From a virus: a stretch of 49,618 nucleotides of DNA. The translations under genes were made by a program, and so were the position numbers. Each line of letters begins with the position of its first letter. Position 1 is the stretch's first letter. Under the pieces are notes generated by a model. The model made no database searches. It was given only the letters and a program-made list of their open reading frames with translations, and had not been told where the DNA came from. This document shows, piece after piece, positions 42,755 to 49,618 of the stretch. The stretch lies in the IMG/VR virus record IMGVR_UViG_3300045988_183527; one strand, given 5' to 3'.

Positions 42755-43192
42755 ATGGGTTTTTTCAGCAGTATTACGAAGCCCTTTAAGAGCATTGGGC
42801 ACGGCATCAGCAGCGGCTTTAAGAGCCTTACAAAGGCACTGGGAAAAGGGGTTAAAGACGTCTTCAAGATGGGTAAGTCGGCGGTGAAGAACAGCTTCAG
42901 CGATCTGCTTCACCCCGATCGCCTGATTAAGAACACGCTGAGAAATCCTTTGGGGCAGATAACCCGGATGGTCGGCGCCGACATCTTTTTCCCCGACGGC
43001 CCTAGCGCCGGGCAGCAAAAGCAGTTGGCGCAGTATTCGAGCGGCGACGGTGATACGGCGTCCCCGCAGGAGCGTGCTCGTATGTTGTCTCGTCAGGGTA
43101 TGCAGGGTACGAACCCCATCATGCTCCTTGGGCAGGACTTTCAAGACACGGCGCTCGACCACGAGGAAAAGCTCGGAGGTAAGGACGTATGA
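42755..43192 (+). CDS. Hypothetical virion protein (145 aa)
   Basis: GGAGG RBS. Overlaps the portal start by 4 nt. Confidence 0.55.
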   Translation: MGFFSSITKPFKSIGHGISSGFKSLTKALGKGVKDVFKMGKSAVKNSFSDLLHPDRLIKNTLRNPLGQITRMVGADIFFPDGPSAGQQKQLAQYSSGDGDTASPQERARMLSRQGMQGTNPIMLLGQDFQDTALDHEEKLGGKDV

Positions 43193-44847
43193 CGGACGAT
43201 CTGAAGCGCCGCTGCCTCGAACGCTGGGAAGCGCTGAAGTCGGAGCGCACCTCGTGGATGACGCATTGGCAGGAAATCTCCGAGGTGTTGACACCGCGTA
43301 CGGGGCGGTTCCTCGTTTCCGACAACAACAAAGGCGACAAGCGGCACCGCGCTATTTTGGACAACACCGGGACGCGCGCTCTGCGCACCTTGGCGGGCGG
43401 CATGATGGCGGGCATGACGAGCCCCGCGCGCCCGTGGTTCCGCTTGACGACCTTGAACCCTGAGCTCGACGAGAGTTACGAGGTGAAGGATTGGCTCGGA
43501 CGCGTGACGAGCCTCATGCAGATGGTGTTCGCTAAAAGCAACATCTATCAGTCCCTCACGATGGCTTACGAGGAGTTGGGGGCGTACGGCACGGCGGCGG
43601 TGATCCTTTACGACGACCCCGATAACGTCATCCACTGCATGCCTTTGACGATCGGCGAGTACGCCATTGCCACGGACGGCCGCGGGCGGGTGAACACGCT
43701 CTACCGCGAATTTCGCATGACGGTGGCGCAGCTTGTGCAGGAATTTGGCTACGCGAGTTGTTCGGGAGCGACGCAGCAGATGTTCGACAAGCGTCAGTAC
43801 GACGAATGGGTAACGGTGGTGAACGCCATCGAGCCCCGCGATATGCGCGATCCCGAAAAGATCGACAATAAGAACATGCCGTACCGCTCGGTGTATTTCG
43901 AAGACTGCGCGGAAGATAAGAAGATTCTCCGCGAGTCGGGCTTCCGGACGTTCCCGTGCCTCTGCGGCCGTTGGGGCGTTTCGGGCGGCGACATCTATGG
44001 TACGTCCCCGGGGATGGAAGCCCTGGGCGACTTGCATCAGTTGCAGCAGGAACAGCTCCGGAAGTCGCAGGCGATCGACTACCAGTCCAATCCCCCGGTG
44101 CTTGTCCCTGCGGATTTGAAGGACGACGAGTCGGCGATTGTTCCGGGCGGCACGGTGTTCGTGGATTCCGTCTCGCAAGCGCAGATGGTGCGTTCTGCGT
44201 ACGACGTACCACTCCGCCTGGACTTCTTGCTGCAGGACATCCAAGACGTCCGCGCTCGTATCAACGAGGCGTTCTACAAGGACATTTTCATGATGCTCAC
44301 GGAGCAGGGCGGTGATCGTATGACGGCCACCGAAGTTGCGGAGCGTCACGAGGAAAAGATGCTGATGTTGGGGCCGGTGCTCGACCGCCTCAATTCCGAA
44401 ATGCTTGACCCGCTCATCACGTTGGTGTTCGAGCGCCTGCAGGCGAACGGCATGCTGCCGCCCTTACCGGAAGAACTCCAAGGGGTGGAACTCAACGTGG
44501 ACTTTATTTCGATCCTCGCGCAGAGCCAGAAGGCGGTGACGACGAACGCCATCGACCGCTTTGTGAATTCGCTCAATGCCGTGGCCGGGATGAAGCAGGA
44601 CGTGTTGGACAAGTTCAACGCCGATCGTTGGGCGGACACATACGCCGACTCTCTGGGCATCGACGCGCAGCTCATCGTGCCTGACAAGGAAGTGGCGAAG
44701 TTGCGCGAAGCCCGCGCCCAAGCGCAGGCGCAGCAGGCGCAGTTGGAGCAAGCCCAGCAGGCGGCCTCGACGATGAAGGATGTGGCGCAGGCGCAGATCG
44801 ATCCTATGCAGCCGCAGGACATCAACAACCTCTTCGCGGGGTACTGA
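43189..44847 (+). CDS. Portal protein (podovirus head-to-tail connector type)
   Basis: N-terminal RWEALKSERTSWMTHWQEISEVLTPRTGRF and TGTRALRTLAGGMMAGMTSPARPWF match the T7 gp8-type connector family pattern. 552 aa. Confidence 0.85.
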   Translation: MTDDLKRRCLERWEALKSERTSWMTHWQEISEVLTPRTGRFLVSDNNKGDKRHRAILDNTGTRALRTLAGGMMAGMTSPARPWFRLTTLNPELDESYEVKDWLGRVTSLMQMVFAKSNIYQSLTMAYEELGAYGTAAVILYDDPDNVIHCMPLTIGEYAIATDGRGRVNTLYREFRMTVAQLVQEFGYASCSGATQQMFDKRQYDEWVTVVNAIEPRDMRDPEKIDNKNMPYRSVYFEDCAEDKKILRESGFRTFPCLCGRWGVSGGDIYGTSPGMEALGDLHQLQQEQLRKSQAIDYQSNPPVLVPADLKDDESAIVPGGTVFVDSVSQAQMVRSAYDVPLRLDFLLQDIQDVRARINEAFYKDIFMMLTEQGGDRMTATEVAERHEEKMLMLGPVLDRLNSEMLDPLITLVFERLQANGMLPPLPEELQGVELNVDFISILAQSQKAVTTNAIDRFVNSLNAVAGMKQDVLDKFNADRWADTYADSLGIDAQLIVPDKEVAKLREARAQAQAQQAQLEQAQQAASTMKDVAQAQIDPMQPQDINNLFAGY

Positions 44848-44866
44848 CGAATGAAGGAACACGCCG

Positions 44867-45199
44867 ATGAAAGAATCCGCACCAACCGAAAAGGATATTC
44901 GTCGTGAGCAGTTTGAGAGCGACTTCCGGTGGTTCATGGGCGACGCCCGCGGCCGCCGACTGATGCTGAGGCTCCTTTCCGACATCGGGCTTTACCGATG
45001 CTCGTACGACCCGGGGCTTCAGAACGCGACGACGGAGATGCTTTTCCGCGAAGGAATGAAAAACGTGGGGTACCGCCTGGTGAGCGACATCAACCGGGTG
45101 TGCCCTGAAAAGTATCACCTCATGTTGAAGGAAGGAACAAATGGCCGAAGAACCGATTCCCGCAGCGCCGGAGACAAACCCGACGCCGCCCGCGCCTGA
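44867..45199 (+). CDS. Bbp19-like small protein (110 aa)
   Basis: FRWFMGDARGRRLMLRLLSDIGLYRCSY...FREGMKNVGYRLVSDINRVCPEKYHLMLKE resembles the BPP-1 Bbp19 family by eye. Lies directly after the portal. Confidence 0.5.
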   Translation: MKESAPTEKDIRREQFESDFRWFMGDARGRRLMLRLLSDIGLYRCSYDPGLQNATTEMLFREGMKNVGYRLVSDINRVCPEKYHLMLKEGTNGRRTDSRSAGDKPDAARA

Positions 45200-45758
45200 A
45201 ACGCCGCCCGCAGAACCCGCAGCGCCTGCCGCTCCGGAAGTACCCCCGGCGCAACCGGCGCAGGACGAAAAGCCCGCGGAGACGGCGGACGCGCCGAAGG
45301 AAGAAGTCCCGGAAGACTACGGCGACTTCACCGATGAGAAGGGCGTGGCGTTCTCCTCGAAGGACATGCCGGAATTTACGGCGATGGCGAAGGAGCTCGG
45401 CCTCTCGAAGGATCGGGCTCAAAAGCTTCTGATGACGATGGTTCCCACGGTTCGCACGAAGCTGCAGACGTCCATCAAGGCCGTCAACGAATCGTGGAAG
45501 CAGGCGACGCTCACCGATCCGGAAATCGGCGGCGCGAACGTGAAGGCCAATTTGGAAGTCGCGAACGTCGCATACAAGAAGTACGCCTCGCCCGAACTCG
45601 CGAAGCTTTTGAAGAGCACGGGGTTGTCGATGCACCCGGACTTCATTCGCATGTTTTACCGCATCGGCAAACAGATTGAACAGGATCAGGGTGTTCAAGG
45701 CACCGGGGCTCCGCAGCCCAAGGCGCGCCTCTTTAAGAACTCCCCCGGCCTTTATTAG
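45141..45758 (+). CDS. Scaffolding protein, paralogue B
   Basis: Pro/Ala-rich N-terminus, then VPEDYGDF...AKELGLSKDRAQKL...EIGGANV...GLSMHPDFIRMFYRIG. Lies immediately upstream of the capsid gene. Confidence 0.65.
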   Translation: MAEEPIPAAPETNPTPPAPETPPAEPAAPAAPEVPPAQPAQDEKPAETADAPKEEVPEDYGDFTDEKGVAFSSKDMPEFTAMAKELGLSKDRAQKLLMTMVPTVRTKLQTSIKAVNESWKQATLTDPEIGGANVKANLEVANVAYKKYASPELAKLLKSTGLSMHPDFIRMFYRIGKQIEQDQGVQGTGAPQPKARLFKNSPGLY

Positions 45759-45759
45759 C

Positions 45760-45781
45760 TCTTTTTAAAAATTTAAATACA
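45760..45781 (+). promoter_or_regulatory. AT-rich island CTTTTTAAAAATTTAAATAC upstream of the capsid gene (candidate promoter/UP element)
   Basis: A striking AT-only stretch in a GC-rich genome, about 80 nt upstream of the capsid start. Confidence 0.3.
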
Positions 45782-45857
45782 GCGCTTCGGCGGCCCTTTC
45801 CTCGGGGCACAGGTGGCTCGAACGCGAACTCGAATCCACAGTGACAAGGAGGAAAGG

Positions 45858-46859
45858 ATGAGTGAACTCAATCCGACCTTGGCCGATCTGACGAGTCGCA
45901 TGACAAAGGACGGCCGCATCGATACGGGCATTATCGAAATGCTCAACGAAACGAACGAGATGTTGGATGACATCACGTTCCAAGAAGCCACGGGCGTAAC
46001 GGAAAACGTTTCCACCGTCCGCACGGGGCTCCCGTCCGTCGCATGGCGTCGTTTGAACTACGGCGTCCCGAAGAGCAAGAGTAAGACGAAGCAAGTCTCC
46101 GATTCCATCGGCATGCTCGAAGCCTACGCGGAAGTCGATAAGAAGCTGGTCGATATCGCATCCAACAAGGAAGCGTACCGTCTGACGGAAAATCGCGCCT
46201 TTATCGAAGCGATGAACCAGGAATTCCAACGCGCGCTTTTGTTCGGCGATATCGCGGAAGACCCGGCGAAGATTCTCGGCCTCTCGGCGCGCTATACCAC
46301 GGGTGTCCGCGCGGACGCCGACAACGCCATCAACGTCATCAACGCGGGCGGTACGGGCGACAACCTCACGTCCATGTGGCTTTTGTGCTGGTCGCCGCTC
46401 ACGATGTTCTGCACCTACCCGAAGGGCTTGCCCGGCGGTTTGAAGGACGAAGACTTGGGCGAAGTCACGCTGCAGGACGCGGAAGGCCGTTACTACCAGG
46501 GCTACCGCAGCCACTACGAATGGAACGTGGGCTTTGTGCTCCGCGACTGGCGCTATGCCGTGCGCATCGCCAACATCGACACGAAGGCCTTGAAGAACGA
46601 TCCGAAGACGGGTGACTGCGTTTTGGCCGATCTCATGATCGACGCCCTCGAATCGCTTCCCAACATCCGCATCGGCCGTCCGGCGTTCTACTGCAACAAG
46701 ACGGTGAGTGCGTTCCTCCGGAAGCAGATTCGCAACGCGAAGAACGTGAACATCACCATGGGCGAAATCGCGGGTAAGACGGTGACGCAGTTCGATGGCG
46801 TGCCCATCCGCCGCGTGGATGCCCTGACGGTCGGCGAAGCCGCGGTTCCTTTTGCTTAG
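45858..46859 (+). CDS. Major capsid protein (HK97 fold, BPP-1 Bbp17-like)
   Basis: ATG 45858 follows AAGGAGGAAAGG. 333 aa. Lies after the scaffold gene and before a cement-like gene and a terminator. Confidence 0.8.
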   Translation: MSELNPTLADLTSRMTKDGRIDTGIIEMLNETNEMLDDITFQEATGVTENVSTVRTGLPSVAWRRLNYGVPKSKSKTKQVSDSIGMLEAYAEVDKKLVDIASNKEAYRLTENRAFIEAMNQEFQRALLFGDIAEDPAKILGLSARYTTGVRADADNAINVINAGGTGDNLTSMWLLCWSPLTMFCTYPKGLPGGLKDEDLGEVTLQDAEGRYYQGYRSHYEWNVGFVLRDWRYAVRIANIDTKALKNDPKTGDCVLADLMIDALESLPNIRIGRPAFYCNKTVSAFLRKQIRNAKNVNITMGEIAGKTVTQFDGVPIRRVDALTVGEAAVPFA

Positions 46860-46868
46860 GAGGAAGAC

Positions 46869-47297
46869 ATGCTGGTAGATCAAAGTTTGGTTCTCACGGA
46901 GAATCAAAAGCTCACGGCGGCCGCTGCAGGCCAAAACGTGATCGATCTTGAAGAAGAAACTAGCACCACCGGTTTCTCGAAGGTTCTCGAAGTGTCGGCG
47001 ACGATCGTCGCTGACGTAGCGGGTACGCTGCAGGTGAAGCTGCAGGAATGTGCGACGAAGAGCGGGACGTTTACGGACGTCGCCGCAGGCGCAGTGCTCA
47101 CGGCGCCCAAGAAGGGGACGGTGATCCAATTCCCGATGCCGTACCACACGAAGCAGTTCCTCCGGATTTACTTCGGCGGTTCTCCCACGGCGGGCACGGT
47201 TACGGCGTTCCTCACCGAAGGCCGTCAGCAATGGCGCCCTGCAAAGCAGGCTCCGTCTTTGGCTGAAGTCACGGTGACGGAACAGGCGACTGAATAG
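46869..47297 (+). CDS. Capsid cement/decoration protein (Bbp16-like)
   Basis: 142 aa, beta-rich, directly after the capsid gene. AGGAGG RBS. Confidence 0.5.
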   Translation: MLVDQSLVLTENQKLTAAAAGQNVIDLEEETSTTGFSKVLEVSATIVADVAGTLQVKLQECATKSGTFTDVAAGAVLTAPKKGTVIQFPMPYHTKQFLRIYFGGSPTAGTVTAFLTEGRQQWRPAKQAPSLAEVTVTEQATE

Positions 47298-47316
47298 TTT
47301 TTGCCTTGGGACTTTT

Positions 47317-47343
47317 GAGGGGCTTCGCGCCCCTCTCTTTTTT
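47317..47343 (+). terminator. Rho-independent terminator after the capsid genes
   Basis: GAGGGGC-TTCGC-GCCCCTC followed by TCTTTTTT. Confidence 0.8.
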
Positions 47344-47354
47344 AGGAGGACGCG

Positions 47355-47966
47355 ATGGCAACTCCCGTTACGATCTGCAATCTGGCGTTGTCGAGAATCG
47401 GCGACAGCGCTACCGTATCATCGATTGATCCGCCTGACGGAAGTGCTCAGGCCGAGGCCTGCGCCCGTCTTTACCCGGTGGCGTTGGACGCCTGTCTCGA
47501 CCTTCACAATTGGTCGTTCGCCACGCGCCGTGCGTCTTTGTCGGAGTTGGCGGCTAACCGCGTGCCCTTGGGCGAGTGGAAGAAGGCGTACATGCTTCCC
47601 GCGGACTGCAAGCGCGTAATCGACGTGAAGGGCGCCTGCGGGTTTCCGAGTCCGATGAAGGAGCGGTTCGAAGTCATCGGCACGGACTTCGGCCGCGTGG
47701 TGCTCACAAACGCCGACGAAGCCCACGTCCGCTACGTCTGCGGCGAACCGAAGAGCGGGCAGTTCACAGGACTTTTCACTGACGCCCTGGCTTGGCTACT
47801 TGCAAGTTACTTGGCGGGCGAAACGATCCGCGGGGACTCGGCTTTTGCGTACGCGCAGAAGTGCCAGCAGCAGTTCTCCCAGGCATTGTCTTTGGCTATG
47901 AAGCAGGACGCTCGTGAAGTCCACGCGCCCCGTAAGTACGTCGCGCCTTGGATCGCTCGGAGATAA
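47355..47966 (+). CDS. Head-tail adaptor (T7 gp11 / P22 gp4-like)
   Basis: ICNLALSRIGDSATVSSIDPPDGSAQAEACARLYPVALDACLDLHNWSFA is the common adaptor N-terminal pattern. AGGAGG RBS. Confidence 0.55.
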   Translation: MATPVTICNLALSRIGDSATVSSIDPPDGSAQAEACARLYPVALDACLDLHNWSFATRRASLSELAANRVPLGEWKKAYMLPADCKRVIDVKGACGFPSPMKERFEVIGTDFGRVVLTNADEAHVRYVCGEPKSGQFTGLFTDALAWLLASYLAGETIRGDSAFAYAQKCQQQFSQALSLAMKQDAREVHAPRKYVAPWIARR

Positions 47967-47969
47967 GCC

Positions 47970-49618
47970 ATGGGACGAAAACATCTTCAGCAGAGTTTCG
48001 CGGGCGGCGAACTGTCGCCCTCTATGTACGGCCGCCTGGACGATCAGAAGTATCAGCAGGGTTTGGCAACCTGCCGCAATTTTGTCTGCCTCCCGCAAGG
48101 CCCCGTGCAGAACCGTGCCGGGTTCGCGTTCGTGGGGGAGGTGAAGGACTCCTCGAAGCCGCCGCGTCTTATTCCCTTTGTCTTCAGCTCGTCGGACACG
48201 ATGGTGTTGGAGTTCGGGGAAAAGTATGTGCGCGTCATCACCCGCGGGGGCTTTGTCCCGAAGGCCGCGGGGAGTTCCGAGAAGCTCGTCATCACCACGC
48301 CTTACACGGCGGCGGACGTAAAGAGCCTTCACTACGCGCAGTCGGGCGACGTCTTGACGCTCGTGCATCCCAACTATCCCCCGAAGGAACTCCGGCGCTA
48401 CGGCGCTTACGATTGGCGATTGGTGGACGTGGATTTCGCCGCGCCTTTGCCTGCGCCTACGGGGCTTTCCGGGAGTTATTACTGCGGCGACGAGAATGCC
48501 AAGGATGCGGAGAAGAAGGCCTACACCATTCGCTACCGCGTGACGGCCTTGAAGTCTTCGGACGAGGGCGACAAGGAAGGCCCGGCGTCTTCGACGCTCG
48601 AGGTGGTGGGGAACGTCTACCTTTCATCGTCCCGCGTCAGCATTACCTGGGGCGCCGTTACGGGGGCGGAACGCTATCGCGTCTATAAGACGTATTCGGG
48701 CGTTTACGGCTACATCGGCGAAACCGAAGGCACGTCCTTTGTGGACAACAACATCGGCGCGGATACGAGCGTCACGCCGCCCCGGTACGAGGCGCCCTTC
48801 TCAGAAGGGGACTACCCCGGTGCCGTCTCCTATTTCGAGCAGCGCCGCATCTTTGCGGGCACCGACAAGCGGCCGCAGTTCGTGTGGATGACGCGCCCCG
48901 GCACGGAAAGCGATATGCACTACACGCTCCCGAGCCAAAAGGACAACCGCATCAAGTTTCGCATCGCCGCGTTGCAGGCGTCCCGTATTCGGCACATCGT
49001 CCCGTTGTCGAGCCTCATCCTCATGACGACGGGGGCGGAGTTCCGCGTGACGACCGCCAACGACGATACCCTCACGCCCTCATCCGTCGGGGTGAAGCCG
49101 CAGTCCTACGTGGGGGCAAGCAACGTCTCACCGGTGCTCGTCAATTCTTCCATCGTCTACGCGGCCGAACGCGGCGGACACATGTGGGAATTGGGCTACA
49201 ACTGGCAGGCCTCGGGCTTTGTGACGGGGGATATGTGCCTTCGCGCGGCACACCTCTTTGATACGAAGGAGGTACAAGATATTGCGTTAGCGAAAGCGCC
49301 GTACCCCATCATTTGGTGTGTTTCGTCCGATGGGACGCTTCTCGGGTGTACCTATGTTCCGGAGCAGGGTGTAGGGGCTTGGCACCGGCATGACACGAAG
49401 GACGGGGCGTTTGAGTCCGTGGCGTGCGTGGCGGAGGGCGACGAGGATATTCTCTATGCAGTCATCCGTCGCACGGTGAACGGAAGGACGGTACGGTACA
49501 TCGAACGCATGCACGAGCGCGAAGGGCTGTCGCTGGAGAAGTCCTTTTTTGTTGACGCGGGCGTGGAAGACAATTATGCGACGCCGCAGAGTTTCACCAC
49601 GGGACTTCAGCACCTCGA
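47970..49618 (+). CDS. Tail nozzle / tubular protein B-like structural protein, N-terminal part (continues at 76..508 of the circular genome)
   Basis: MGRKHLQQSFAGGELSPSMYGRLDDQKYQQGLATCRNFVCLPQGPVQNRAGF resembles the GGxSQQP...R...Q...N...G...RP start of gp12-type proteins. No stop occurs before the window end. This frame is absent from the ORF track only because it is open-ended. Confidence 0.65.
   Translation, partial: MGRKHLQQSFAGGELSPSMYGRLDDQKYQQGLATCRNFVCLPQGPVQNRAGFAFVGEVKDSSKPPRLIPFVFSSSDTMVLEFGEKYVRVITRGGFVPKAAGSSEKLVITTPYTAADVKSLHYAQSGDVLTLVHPNYPPKELRRYGAYDWRLVDVDFAAPLPAPTGLSGSYYCGDENAKDAEKKAYTIRYRVTALKSSDEGDKEGPASSTLEVVGNVYLSSSRVSITWGAVTGAERYRVYKTYSGVYGYIGETEGTSFVDNNIGADTSVTPPRYEAPFSEGDYPGAVSYFEQRRIFAGTDKRPQFVWMTRPGTESDMHYTLPSQKDNRIKFRIAALQASRIRHIVPLSSLILMTTGAEFRVTTANDDTLTPSSVGVKPQSYVGASNVSPVLVNSSIVYAAERGGHMWELGYNWQASGFVTGDMCLRAAHLFDTKEVQDIALAKAPYPIIWCVSSDGTLLGCTYVPEQGVGAWHRHDTKDGAFESVACVAEGDEDILYAVIRRTVNGRTVRYIERMHEREGLSLEKSFFVDAGVEDNYATPQSFTTGLQHL
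49544..49618 (+). repeat. Terminal direct repeat, copy 2 (circular-contig overlap)
   Basis: Exact copy of nt 1..75. Confidence 0.95.

Larger units (their letters stand above)
1..49618. mobile_element. Complete circular temperate podovirus-like phage genome (unit length 49543 bp plus 75-bp assembly overlap)
   Basis: nt 1..75 are identical to 49544..49618. The window holds integrase, CI-like repressor, replication, lysis, packaging, capsid and short-tail modules, and no flanking host genes. Confidence 0.85.

Noticed and set aside
47948-48688. 246-aa + strand ORF from the track (TTG start) at the beginning of the nozzle region.
   Set aside because: Its translation is Arg/Gly-rich nonsense. The overlapping frame starting at ATG 47970 has a GGAGA RBS, a structural-protein-like sequence, and stays open across the circular junction to 508.
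1-49618. CRISPR arrays, IS elements/transposases, and toxin-antitoxin pairs.
   Set aside because: No regularly spaced repeat-spacer arrays, transposase motifs or inverted terminal repeats were seen. The only repeats are the short regulatory repeats listed above and the 75-bp assembly overlap.

Overview
The window is a complete, circularly closed phage genome. The first 75 nt are identical to the last 75 nt, so the unit length is 49,543 bp. It is visibly GC-rich. It looks like a temperate podovirus-type phage of a Gram-negative host, because a spanin pair is present.

Layout:
- (a) Long rightward operon, about 32.85 kb through the junction to 13.4 kb. It carries two HTH genes, tRNA-Gln plus a tRNA-like element plus a structured non-coding RNA, an XRE-like HTH, and a P4/D5-type primase-helicase. 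An accessory island follows (TIR-like gene, small TM proteins, SPFH protein). Next come TerL, a T7-type portal, two paralogous scaffold-like genes, an HK97-fold capsid gene and a cement-like gene. It ends with adaptor and nozzle-like genes, three internal-virion/ejection proteins (one a 1931-aa polyvalent giant with an HEAGH zincin motif), four tail-fibre genes and a tail-fibre assembly chaperone.
- (b) Leftward operon, 28.75 to 16.29 kb. It carries a DUF2800-type nuclease, a DUF2815/gp2.5-like SSB, a family A DNA polymerase, about 12 ORFans, VRR-NUC, an SNF2 helicase, an AlpA/Xis-like HTH, then holin, M15 endolysin and embedded Rz/Rz1.
- (c) A tyrosine integrase with flanking TTGTTCCCCGA repeats (candidate attP).
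- (d) A Mu Com-like zinc-finger micro-ORF. A perfect hairpin that buries the SD and AUG of a three-gene cassette of unknown function follows it.
- (e) A CI-like repressor whose S24 catalytic dyad looks degenerate, next to a roughly 700-bp repeat-rich non-coding immunity region.
- (f) A seven-gene ORFan early operon converging on the repressor gene.

The most interesting candidates are the TIR-like/TM/SPFH island (36.98 to 39.74 kb) and the Com-controlled cassette (13.49 to 14.84 kb). All functional calls come from reading motifs by eye. No database search was run.
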